59,824 bases of DNA from a virus. Its lineage: Duplodnaviria; Caudoviricetes. How positions within the stretch are numbered: the stretch's first letter is position 1; the number at the start of each line of letters is the position of its first letter. The position numbers and the translations under genes are program-made. The notes below the pieces were generated by a model. That model did no database searches and was not told the DNA's origin. It saw nothing but the letters and a program-made list of their open reading frames with translations. The DNA is taken from positions 1 to 59,824 of IMG/VR virus record IMGVR_UViG_3300017700_000824. The stretch is one strand, 5' to 3'. This document shows, in pieces, positions 46,534 through 55,394 of this stretch.

Positions 46534-49500
46534 ATGCCTGAGATTAAAACACAACTTACAAATGAACTAATAGAAAATTTCCTAGAAGGTTCAGACCCAC
46601 AAAAATTTATCGTAGCTGTAGAATCGGAGTACAACACCAATGTTGTTGAGCTGATTATCAATGACCCAGAACGTGGTAAATACACTGAACGTCATAAATT
46701 TCAACCATTCCTATGGTTTAAAGAAGACGTAACCCAATTAATATACGAAGGCAAGCGCATGAAAATATTGGAAGCGTGTGCTAAATATGATATAAAAATT
46801 TCTAAACTTAGAACCAATAACGATGATGGTTATATACCCCCACGTATGGAAAACGGTTACAAGTTTTTAGCAAAGTGTAAACGCTCTTATAATGATTTAA
46901 TAAATTTCTTCAGAGAGGGTGGTATTGATATCTTTCATAAAGATAATATTAAAATGTTCGTAATGTTTAGTCCAACAGAACAATTTTTGATTCAAACGGG
47001 TAAGCGTTTATTCAAAGGTATGGATGATTATGATGATATTCATAGATTTCAATTTGACTTAGAAACTGAGGGTTTATTCGCCTCAAAACACGCTATTTTC
47101 CAAATAGGTGTACGTGATAATAGAGGTAAAGAATTAGTATTGGAGGTTGATGGGGATTCATTTCAAGAGAAACGTAATTCAGAAAGAGAAACCATTCAAA
47201 AATTCTTTAAAATTATTGATATAATAAAACCAGATGTAATTACTGGTTATAATTCAGAAAATTTCGATTGGCCATACATTTTTGAACGAGCTGAACGTCT
47301 TAATATGGATGTTAAAGATTTAGCTATTACACTTAATAGATTATCTAAGATTAAACGTAAACCAGCAACACTTAAATTAGGTGGTGAGACTGAAGCTTAT
47401 ACTCAAACTCATATGTATGGTTATAACATATTAGATATCTCACACTCTGTTCGTAGAGCAATGGCTATTAACTCTGAAATCAAAAGTTGGGGTTTGAAGT
47501 ATATCACACAATACTCTGAAATAGCAAAACCAAATAGGGTATATGTCCCTGGGGATAAGATTAATACAACATGGCGTGATAAGATTAATCAATATGCTTT
47601 TAATGATACCAATGGTGATTGGTATAAGATTACAGAAAAAAATAAGCTTAAAGAAGATTATAAGATAGTTACAGGTGCATATTTAGTTCAACGTTATCTA
47701 TGTGATGATTTATGGGAAACAGAACAAATAGATAACTTGTTTAATCAAGCATCGTTCCTTATTTCTAAGATATTACCAACAACGTTCATGCGTTCTTCAA
47801 CCATGGGTACCGCTGGTCAATGGAAGTTAATCATGTCTGCATGGTCATATGAAAATGGATTAGCAATTCCAGAAACACAAGCAAAACGTGATTTTACTGG
47901 TGGTTTATCTCGTCTATTAGAAGTTGGTTATGCTAGAAATGTAGTAAAGTTAGACTTTGCAGCTCTATATCCAAAAACACAGTTAACTTGGGGTATTTTC
48001 CCAGACTTAGATATCTCAGGCGTAATGAGAGGTATGCTTACATATGTTGTTGATACACGTGATAAGTTTAAGTTCCTTACTGGTAAAGAAGGAAAATTAG
48101 GTGATAAGCGTCAAAAGTTTTTAGATGAAAATATCACAACACTAACACCAGAAGAAATAGTTAAAATAAAAGCTGAAATCGCTGAGCATTATAGATTATC
48201 AAATCTATATGATAAGAAACAATTACCTCTTAAGATTCTTGCTAACTCTTGGTTCGGTTCATACGGAGCACCATATATCTTCAATTGGGGTGATACTGAC
48301 TCAGCTGAAGAAACAACATGTCGTGGTAGACAATCATTACGTCTTATGGTTAGGCACTTTACCGAAAAACATGGATTTAAACCACTTGTAGGTGATACAG
48401 ATGGTTTTAACTTCTCATTTCCAGATAATATTGATGATATCAAATATACTGTTAAAGGTACTCATTGGAAGACAACTGAGGATGCTGGTAAAGAATTAAG
48501 TGGATTGGATGCGGTTTTAGCTGAATTCAATGAAAATTATATGGAAGGTAGAATGGGGTTAGATATTGATGATATCTGCGCCTCAACAATTAATTTTGCT
48601 CGTAAAAATTATGCCAACGCTATTGTTAAGAAAGGTAAGACTAAGATTAAATTAGTTGGGAACTCTATCAAATCTAAAAAAATGCCAGTTTATATTGAAG
48701 ATTTTTTAGGTAATGCTATCAAGATGTTATTGGATGGTGATGGGCATTCTTTTATTAACTACTATTATGATTATGTAGATAAAATTTACAATTATCAAAT
48801 ACCACTTGTTAAAATAGCATCAAAATCTAAAGTTAAAATTAGTCTTGCTGATTACAAGAAAAAGGCAACTATGAAGAATAAGGCTGGTAATCCATTACCG
48901 AAACAAGCTCATATGGAATTAGCTATCAAACAAGGATTAGCTATAACGTTGGGCGATGTTTTATACTATGTTAACACTGGTACTTCTAAGTCACAAGGTG
49001 ATTTAAAAACTATAAACAGGTCTAAACTGTCAAAAAAACAATTAGAAAAATACATTACTGAACATGGTGGTCCACCTGTATCTGAAATAACAGTACAATT
49101 AAACTCTAGATTAATTGAACCATCGGTTGTTGAGCGTGATTTTGAAATGATTAAAGAACTAGAAATGCTTAAAAAAGCTATTCTTTATTTAGGTGATGGA
49201 CAAGATGTTTTAGAAGACATAGCAACCATGCAAATTAGAATAGACGAAATAGAAGCTAGTTTGTTTGTTGATGATTATAATGTTGCTCGTTATTTATTTG
49301 CATTCAACAAAAAAATTAAACCTTTATTAGTATGTTTTAATGAAGAAATTCGTGATAGAATTCTTCTTGATATTGTAAAGGTAAAAAATAAAGAGACTAA
49401 AACTACAACAGAGAAACTTAAAGAACGTGTTATCTTTACCAAGTCAGAATGCGAATTAATATCTGGTAAGCCGTTTAAGGTTACTGACCAAGATTCATAT

Positions 49501-50232
49501 GAAGAACTTATGACCATGGAAGATAAAGAAATTAAATTCTGGGATAAGGTTAATAAGGTTCCTAACTATATGGAAGAAGAGGTTTGGGAAGTAATTAGAG
49601 CTGATTATCATGTTAGAATGATTAAAGCTAAAGCTGATGGTATCATACATGAAAAAGATTTATTACTTAAGATATTTAAACGTTTAGAGTTAAAAGAACT
49701 CAGAGCAGCTGACAAAGGTATATTACCAACTGAGGTAACTAATATAATTACAATGATTGATGGTGGGAATTTCACATCAAAGAAATGGAGTGAAACAATA
49801 TGTCATCTTGGAGATATGTTCGAATTTGAGGCCGAAGCAATTGAACGAGATAATTATTATCGTTTAACTGGGAATGAGAATCTAGATAATAGATACGAAT
49901 CATGGTTAGATTATATATCAGAACAAAAAATCTTAACTGGTGATACTATACAATTAGATGTAGAACCTAAAACTACCAATTTAGTTAAACTTAAAAAAGT
50001 AACTGAATTAGAAAAAGATGATGATGGTGGTGATGAAGGGGAACCTACAGATTCAGATGAATTCGATGATGAACTTGAACTGACTTTAGACCATGAAGGT
50101 AACCTTGTTCGTAGTGAAGAAGTTTTAAAGTTAGATGATGAAGTTGATGACACATTCGGTGAAATCCCAGAAGAATTTATACTAGCAAATTTAGAACTGA
50201 AAAAGGAATCAGATGATGGATGGTTATTTTAA
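46534..50232 (+). CDS. Family B DNA polymerase with 3'-5' exonuclease
   Basis: FDLETEG, GYNSENFDWPYI, DFAALYP, KILANSWFG, VGDTDG, RKNYA; acidic C-terminal tail. Confidence 0.95.
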   Translation: MPEIKTQLTNELIENFLEGSDPQKFIVAVESEYNTNVVELIINDPERGKYTERHKFQPFLWFKEDVTQLIYEGKRMKILEACAKYDIKISKLRTNNDDGYIPPRMENGYKFLAKCKRSYNDLINFFREGGIDIFHKDNIKMFVMFSPTEQFLIQTGKRLFKGMDDYDDIHRFQFDLETEGLFASKHAIFQIGVRDNRGKELVLEVDGDSFQEKRNSERETIQKFFKIIDIIKPDVITGYNSENFDWPYIFERAERLNMDVKDLAITLNRLSKIKRKPATLKLGGETEAYTQTHMYGYNILDISHSVRRAMAINSEIKSWGLKYITQYSEIAKPNRVYVPGDKINTTWRDKINQYAFNDTNGDWYKITEKNKLKEDYKIVTGAYLVQRYLCDDLWETEQIDNLFNQASFLISKILPTTFMRSSTMGTAGQWKLIMSAWSYENGLAIPETQAKRDFTGGLSRLLEVGYARNVVKLDFAALYPKTQLTWGIFPDLDISGVMRGMLTYVVDTRDKFKFLTGKEGKLGDKRQKFLDENITTLTPEEIVKIKAEIAEHYRLSNLYDKKQLPLKILANSWFGSYGAPYIFNWGDTDSAEETTCRGRQSLRLMVRHFTEKHGFKPLVGDTDGFNFSFPDNIDDIKYTVKGTHWKTTEDAGKELSGLDAVLAEFNENYMEGRMGLDIDDICASTINFARKNYANAIVKKGKTKIKLVGNSIKSKKMPVYIEDFLGNAIKMLLDGDGHSFINYYYDYVDKIYNYQIPLVKIASKSKVKISLADYKKKATMKNKAGNPLPKQAHMELAIKQGLAITLGDVLYYVNTGTSKSQGDLKTINRSKLSKKQLEKYITEHGGPPVSEITVQLNSRLIEPSVVERDFEMIKELEMLKKAILYLGDGQDVLEDIATMQIRIDEIEASLFVDDYNVARYLFAFNKKIKPLLVCFNEEIRDRILLDIVKVKNKETKTTTEKLKERVIFTKSECELISGKPFKVTDQDSYEELMTMEDKEIKFWDKVNKVPNYMEEEVWEVIRADYHVRMIKAKADGIIHEKDLLLKIFKRLELKELRAADKGILPTEVTNIITMIDGGNFTSKKWSETICHLGDMFEFEAEAIERDNYYRLTGNENLDNRYESWLDYISEQKILTGDTIQLDVEPKTTNLVKLKKVTELEKDDDGGDEGEPTDSDEFDDELELTLDHEGNLVRSEEVLKLDDEVDDTFGEIPEEFILANLELKKESDDGWLF

Positions 50233-50234
50233 AC

Positions 50235-50261
50235 AAAAAAGGAGCATATGCTCCTTTTTTT
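50235..50261. terminator. Bidirectional terminator between the convergent polymerase and neck genes
   Basis: Palindrome AAAAAAGGAGCATATGCTCCTTTTTT(T). Confidence 0.85.
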
Positions 50262-50265
50262 ATGG

Positions 50266-51393
50266 TTAGAAAACCCAAAAACCCATCGGTTGGTGTTTAA
50301 GTGTTCTATTTAAATTCTCAGCTTCATTAGCACTACGTTCTAATTGACTTGTTGACGATAATCTTAATAATCTTGCATCAAGTCTTTCGAGTATCAATGT
50401 TCGTTCATCGTTTCCTTCACTAATTAATGTTTCATAATCCATGGTCCTCTCAGCTTCTGGTGGACCTACTATACCACCAAACTTACCACGTGTTCTACCT
50501 AACGCTCTTTTGGCTTCAGCCATAAATAATTGACGAACGAGTGTTTTGGTAGGTTCATTAAATTCACTAAATTCTAACTTAGATAAAGGAACTTGATTTG
50601 GCATCTTGATAATGTCTGGATTATCTAATAAACACTGGTCGGTGTTACCTGAACTTGTATCGTAATAAAAATACCATACAACACAACCAGTTATATTAGT
50701 TGTACCACCGATACCATGACCAAACGAAAGCTTAGAACCAGGCGTAGACAATAAATGTAACAATTTAGTACCATTAGGACCAGCTGTTATTTTGTATACT
50801 AATTCACTTCTAACTATTCTATTTTTTAAATTCATATCAGCTGCTGTTAACAACACATCAAAAGCTGGTGCTATGTAATAACCTCTATTAGCTGCACCAA
50901 CACCAGTACCAGCTGCTCCTGTTTGTGCGAACCCACCACCAAAACCATAATCAATACCGCCATAATTAGCTAATAACGCTTGGTTTGTTGTTGGTGGTGT
51001 TATCCAAAGAACTTCATTTATTTCACGACCTGCTGGGATTTGATATACTTGTCTACCCGCCTCAAGACTCACGTAATCTTTTTTAAGTTCCCATGGGCCA
51101 TTAGCTTGAAGACCTACTAATTTTGAATAAGCATAAGTTGATTGTTGAACGTAGTCCAATGACCTAACACTAAGGGCAAACGCCATGTCAGTAGTGGTTA
51201 TATTATGACCCAATAGTGATTGCCATTGATGTTCAATTAACCATTCTTGTACATGTTGAGCATAGTCTTCAATAGCTAATTCTAGATATGTACAAAGTTG
51301 TTCATCAGTTAATTCAATCTGACGTAACGGAGCACCCATAGAATGTCTGAATTGTCTGAATATTTTTTCTCTTTCTTCAATATTTATTGCCAT
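50266..51393 (-). CDS. Neck / head-tail adaptor protein (T4 gp13-like)
   Basis: MGAPLRQIELTDEQL...AIEDY N-terminus; AKRALGRTRGKFGG...MDYETLISEG C-terminus. TATTTATA at 51407-51414. Confidence 0.75.
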   Translation of the reverse strand: MAINIEEREKIFRQFRHSMGAPLRQIELTDEQLCTYLELAIEDYAQHVQEWLIEHQWQSLLGHNITTTDMAFALSVRSLDYVQQSTYAYSKLVGLQANGPWELKKDYVSLEAGRQVYQIPAGREINEVLWITPPTTNQALLANYGGIDYGFGGGFAQTGAAGTGVGAANRGYYIAPAFDVLLTAADMNLKNRIVRSELVYKITAGPNGTKLLHLLSTPGSKLSFGHGIGGTTNITGCVVWYFYYDTSSGNTDQCLLDNPDIIKMPNQVPLSKLEFSEFNEPTKTLVRQLFMAEAKRALGRTRGKFGGIVGPPEAERTMDYETLISEGNDERTLILERLDARLLRLSSTSQLERSANEAENLNRTLKHQPMGFWVF

Positions 51394-51434
51394 ATTTGTA
51401 TTTTACTATAAATATCACATAAATATAATTTAAG

Positions 51435-51698
51435 CTATTCTTCTAGAAATCTCTGTACAAGTTCACTAGCCTCTAAAATTGATTGAAAGCTGACATTTGG
51501 AACCAATATTTGTTTACCAACTAATACTATTGGTACTTCATCTGAATTTGTTACTTTATGTAACTTCTCAAATTCATCTGAATTTTCAGGTAGACTAACA
51601 TTAACCTCAGTAAAATCAATGTTTTTAGCTGTTAGTAATTCTTTTAATTCTGAACAATATGGACAACCATCTATTGTGTATATTATCGGTGTATTCAT
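51435..51698 (-). CDS. Glutaredoxin/NrdH-like redoxin
   Basis: YTIDGCPYC active site; VPIVLVG cis-Pro motif. Confidence 0.9.
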   Translation of the reverse strand: MNTPIIYTIDGCPYCSELKELLTAKNIDFTEVNVSLPENSDEFEKLHKVTNSDEVPIVLVGKQILVPNVSFQSILEASELVQRFLEE

Positions 51699-53528
51699 TT
51701 AAATGTTATTTATTTGGTCTATTAATAATTCTATTATTTCTTCTTCAGAAATCTTTTTATCACCTAGAATTATATCAATGTTATTTTTCTTAGTTTTTAA
51801 TGTATCCCACATTCTAAATGAAATTGTGTCTTCAAATAATTGATAGTAAATCAAAACATCATTTTGTTGTCCAATACGATAATTTCTATCCTCAGCTTGT
51901 TCGTTTTGACCTGGTACCCAACCAAAAGAATTAAAGATACTTACAGAACCAGATGTTAATGTTATACCAACACCAGCAGAATTTAAGTTCCCAACAAATA
52001 CTTTTATTTTATCATTATTTTGAAAATCATCTACAGATTTTTGTTTCTGTTTGATGGTCATAGGTCCATTATGTTTAACAGCTATTTTCCCAAAGTGTGC
52101 ATAGAGTGCATCTAATTCATTAGTGAATGTTGTAAATATGATAACTTTTTTACCCATTTCAATAGCGTTTTCAACCATTTCAATTGTTTGTGGAATCGCT
52201 TCCATTGCAATAAATTCTCTTAACAAAACTAATTCAACCAATTCTTTTTGTGAATCAATATTTCTCTTTTTTTCTTGTTTTCTTTTAAGTGTATAATCTT
52301 CCCATAATTGTTCGTATCTCACTCTACTGGTTTTTGATAGTCTGTGATAAGTAGGTATGATAGTTTTTTCTGGCATATCTAACGTATCTTCTTTTAGTCT
52401 ACGTAATAATAGATTACTAACCTTTTTACCTAATTCATCCAAATTACTGGCACCATCGGTAACCCAAATTTGTCTTTTTTGACCATTTTTAAGCGTTTTA
52501 AAGAACCTTTTACCATCACAATATCTAACAGCATAGTGTTTCCAATTTTTTACTATTGATGATTTAATTATCTTCAAAAGATTAAAAAAATCCATTGGTC
52601 TGTTGGCTACTGGTGTACCTGTTAATAACCAACATTTTTCAATGTTATATTTGTTTGATAGCTCTACCATTATTTTACCACGAATACTCTCATTATTCTT
52701 TAAATAATGAGCTTCATCAACAATACATATATCAAAATTAGAATTAACCAATTCTCTTTTTAATAACTCACCTTCTTTTAGTGTAACATCCGAAAGTGTA
52801 TGAAAATTTTTAAGAATATCAAAATTGATTATGGTGAATTTAGCTTCACACCATTTTTTCCCATCTATAATGCAAGTATCATCACAAAACATATTTATTT
52901 CTCGCTCCCAGTTAATTTTAACGGCTGATGGACAAACAATAAGTATTTTTTTAGCACCACTTTCTAATGCAGCTATAATTGCTTGAATAGTTTTACCCAT
53001 ACCCATACCATCACCTAACACACACCCATTTCTAGAAAGTAAAAATTTAACCCCTTCTTCTTGGTGTTTGAATAGTTTCTTTCCTGATTTAGCCAGAATA
53101 TCATTATATCGTGTAAAATCTACTTGAATGTTTATGGGTTCAAAATAAGGGTCTTCTAATACTTGTGTTTTAGGCAACCAATACATTCTAGACTCTATTT
53201 GATTGCGTTTTAATTTACCATATACGTGGTATGATTTTTCAGTTTCAGCTAAAATAAATTCAATTAGTATTTTTTCTGGTACAAAACTTACACCATCATT
53301 TTTTTGTAATTCTAAACCTAAATATTCGGTTATGTTTATAACACGGTTAATAAACAATGGTTCTCTATCATGATTTTCCACGATATATTTTGATTGTGTA
53401 TCTGTTAATATGATTTTTCCGTTCTTAAGTAGTTCATTCTTAAGTTTTAATAAATAAGGATTTATACCATCATATGTTTCTAATAATGAAAGTGCTGAAT
53501 GTCCTTTTAAGTCATCTAATGATATCAT
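51699..53528 (-). CDS. SNF2-family (SWI2/SNF2, SMARCAL1-like) helicase/translocase
   Basis: DGMGMGKT, DEAHYLKN, LTGTP, LRRLK, AGVGITL, QAEDRNYRIGQ. Confidence 0.92.
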   Translation of the reverse strand: MISLDDLKGHSALSLLETYDGINPYLLKLKNELLKNGKIILTDTQSKYIVENHDREPLFINRVINITEYLGLELQKNDGVSFVPEKILIEFILAETEKSYHVYGKLKRNQIESRMYWLPKTQVLEDPYFEPINIQVDFTRYNDILAKSGKKLFKHQEEGVKFLLSRNGCVLGDGMGMGKTIQAIIAALESGAKKILIVCPSAVKINWEREINMFCDDTCIIDGKKWCEAKFTIINFDILKNFHTLSDVTLKEGELLKRELVNSNFDICIVDEAHYLKNNESIRGKIMVELSNKYNIEKCWLLTGTPVANRPMDFFNLLKIIKSSIVKNWKHYAVRYCDGKRFFKTLKNGQKRQIWVTDGASNLDELGKKVSNLLLRRLKEDTLDMPEKTIIPTYHRLSKTSRVRYEQLWEDYTLKRKQEKKRNIDSQKELVELVLLREFIAMEAIPQTIEMVENAIEMGKKVIIFTTFTNELDALYAHFGKIAVKHNGPMTIKQKQKSVDDFQNNDKIKVFVGNLNSAGVGITLTSGSVSIFNSFGWVPGQNEQAEDRNYRIGQQNDVLIYYQLFEDTISFRMWDTLKTKKNNIDIILGDKKISEEEIIELLIDQINNI

Positions 53529-53579
53529 TTAATCTATTTTCTACATCCAAGTGTATCGTTAATAACCTGGATTTGTGGT

Positions 53580-53641
53580 TATAAATATACTATTTTTTTT
53601 TAATAAAATCAAGACTAATACCAATATTTTTAATATTTATA
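53580..53641. promoter_or_regulatory. Divergent promoter region (TATTTATA on each strand)
   Basis: TATAAATA at 53580-53587 (minus strand reads TTGATT-N17-TATATTTATA) and TATTTATA at 53634-53641. Confidence 0.55.
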
Positions 53642-53659
53642 GTAATACAACTTAAAACA

Positions 53660-54184
53660 ATGAACAACAAAAAAATTATTCCAATAACACGTATTAACAA
53701 ATGGTTTAGTGAAGAAGACTTCGATTTGGAGATAAGTATGGGTCGTGAAGCAATTGAAGGCGATGGAAATTTTACCTTAATCCTATATAGAGTTGATAGA
53801 CAACTTACAGAATACGATGATTTATATGGTGAAGCATCTAAAGACGGTATTAGATTTTTCCCACCTACAGAAATAAAGGTTGTTCCTATTCTTGCAGAAG
53901 CTCAAAATGAAGCATACAATAAAGGTAATAGTAGTGTCAGATACATTCAAGATGGAAATTTAACGTTTGGGGTTTATTCGTCACAATTAACGGATTTAGA
54001 TGTTGAAATTAGTTTTGGTGATTATATTGGTTACCCTGTAAGCGAAACTGAAATCAGATATTTCAGTGTAGCAAATGATGGTATTAAGAATTTTGATAAT
54101 CGACATACAATTATGGGTTATAAGGGTGCTTTTAGAACAATCATTTGTGTACCAGCAGATTCATCAGAATTTTCAGGTGTTTAA
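53660..54184 (+). CDS. Putative neck / head-closure protein (T4 gp14-like)
   Basis: REAIE...ILYRVD...DDLYGEA...RFFPPTEI pattern; position just before the tail completion gene. Confidence 0.6.
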   Translation: MNNKKIIPITRINKWFSEEDFDLEISMGREAIEGDGNFTLILYRVDRQLTEYDDLYGEASKDGIRFFPPTEIKVVPILAEAQNEAYNKGNSSVRYIQDGNLTFGVYSSQLTDLDVEISFGDYIGYPVSETEIRYFSVANDGIKNFDNRHTIMGYKGAFRTIICVPADSSEFSGV

Positions 54185-54219
54185 GACTATTTATAACCAA
54201 CCAACTAATAACATATATT

Positions 54220-55275
54220 ATGACTATGCCAAAAGGATATTTAACCAATATCAATATTAAAAATCAAAAGATAGGCGAACAACAACGTCAAGCACTCTTA
54301 GACAAGATTACCAATAATGGTACGTTATTGCCAAGAGGTGTGTTAACAGAAGATATGGACAATTCTTTTGTAGATTTCGTTGGTGCAGAAGATGGTTTAT
54401 CAATATCTACTAGTGGTAATAAGGTTCCAGTTATTTTTTTAACGCTTCAAAAATGGACAGAATTTACTAAAACTTGGGCTTTTACTGATAAGTATAAAGA
54501 CATCCAAATGCCATTTATTACGGTTGTTAGAAGACCTGATATACAGCAAGGTCAAAATCAAGCTGGTCTTTGGAATATTGCTGGTGGTAGAACTTATACA
54601 ATGGTTAAGGTTCAAACATGGGATGGTATTAGAAAAGGTATTGATTTGTATAAGATTCCTCAACCAACTTCAGTCGATATCACTTATGAGGTTAGGTTAT
54701 TTACGCATAGAATGAAAGATTTAAACGTTTTACATGAAGTAGTTCAAAAAACTTTCCAATCTAGACAACATTATATTACACCGAATGGTCATCCAATGCC
54801 TTTAAAGTTGATTACGATAGGGGATGAGAGTAATGTTGAAACACTTGAAGACCGAAAGTTTTATGTTCAAACTTATGAGATGACGTTATTAGGTTATTTA
54901 TTAGATGAAAAAGATTTCATAGTTGTACCAAGCGTTAATAGAACTATTGTAACTAATGAAATTTCAGTTACAGAACAAAATAATAAAATTGAATTGGGTA
55001 GTGAAATTAGTGGGACTGGTGTAACACTTACTTTTACTTTTTTACAAAATTCGAGCTTGCAGTATACCTTTTCACCTCAAAATAATATAACCCTTAACTC
55101 ATTAGTTAATGTAGAAAATATATCAAGAATAATAATAAAGGTTAACAATATTAGTATGTTTGATGGTTTGATAATGAGTTCCCCTTTGATAATTAATACT
55201 AGTGATTTAGTTACGGTTAAGATATATAAACCTACCAATAGTATTAGCGAATTTCAACTGATTGGGACGATATAA
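54220..55275 (+). CDS. Tail completion / sheath stabiliser protein (T4 gp15-like)
   Basis: KVPVIF...W...IQMPFITVVR...PTSVDITYEV; adjacent to the sheath gene. Start moved to the ATG at 54220, after TATTTATA at 54188-54195. Confidence 0.65.
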   Translation: MTMPKGYLTNINIKNQKIGEQQRQALLDKITNNGTLLPRGVLTEDMDNSFVDFVGAEDGLSISTSGNKVPVIFLTLQKWTEFTKTWAFTDKYKDIQMPFITVVRRPDIQQGQNQAGLWNIAGGRTYTMVKVQTWDGIRKGIDLYKIPQPTSVDITYEVRLFTHRMKDLNVLHEVVQKTFQSRQHYITPNGHPMPLKLITIGDESNVETLEDRKFYVQTYEMTLLGYLLDEKDFIVVPSVNRTIVTNEISVTEQNNKIELGSEISGTGVTLTFTFLQNSSLQYTFSPQNNITLNSLVNVENISRIIIKVNNISMFDGLIMSSPLIINTSDLVTVKIYKPTNSISEFQLIGTI

Positions 55276-55339
55276 GGTTATAAATATTAGGAAATTGATT
55301 TTATCTTCAAACGGTAGGCTACTTTTGAACAAAAGCTAA

Positions 55340-55347
55340 TATTTATA
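55340..55347 (+). promoter_or_regulatory. Putative late promoter TATTTATA for the tail sheath gene
   Basis: 47 nt upstream of the ATG at 55395, followed by an A-rich leader. Confidence 0.6.
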
Positions 55348-55394
55348 ATAAACAAAAAGATAAAGTAAATAATAAACTAAACAAACAAAACAAT

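Noticed and set aside
46534-53528. Intein or intron in the polymerase or helicase
   Set aside because: Catalytic motifs follow at plausible spacing; no C/S...HN splice junctions or LAGLIDADG motifs seen.
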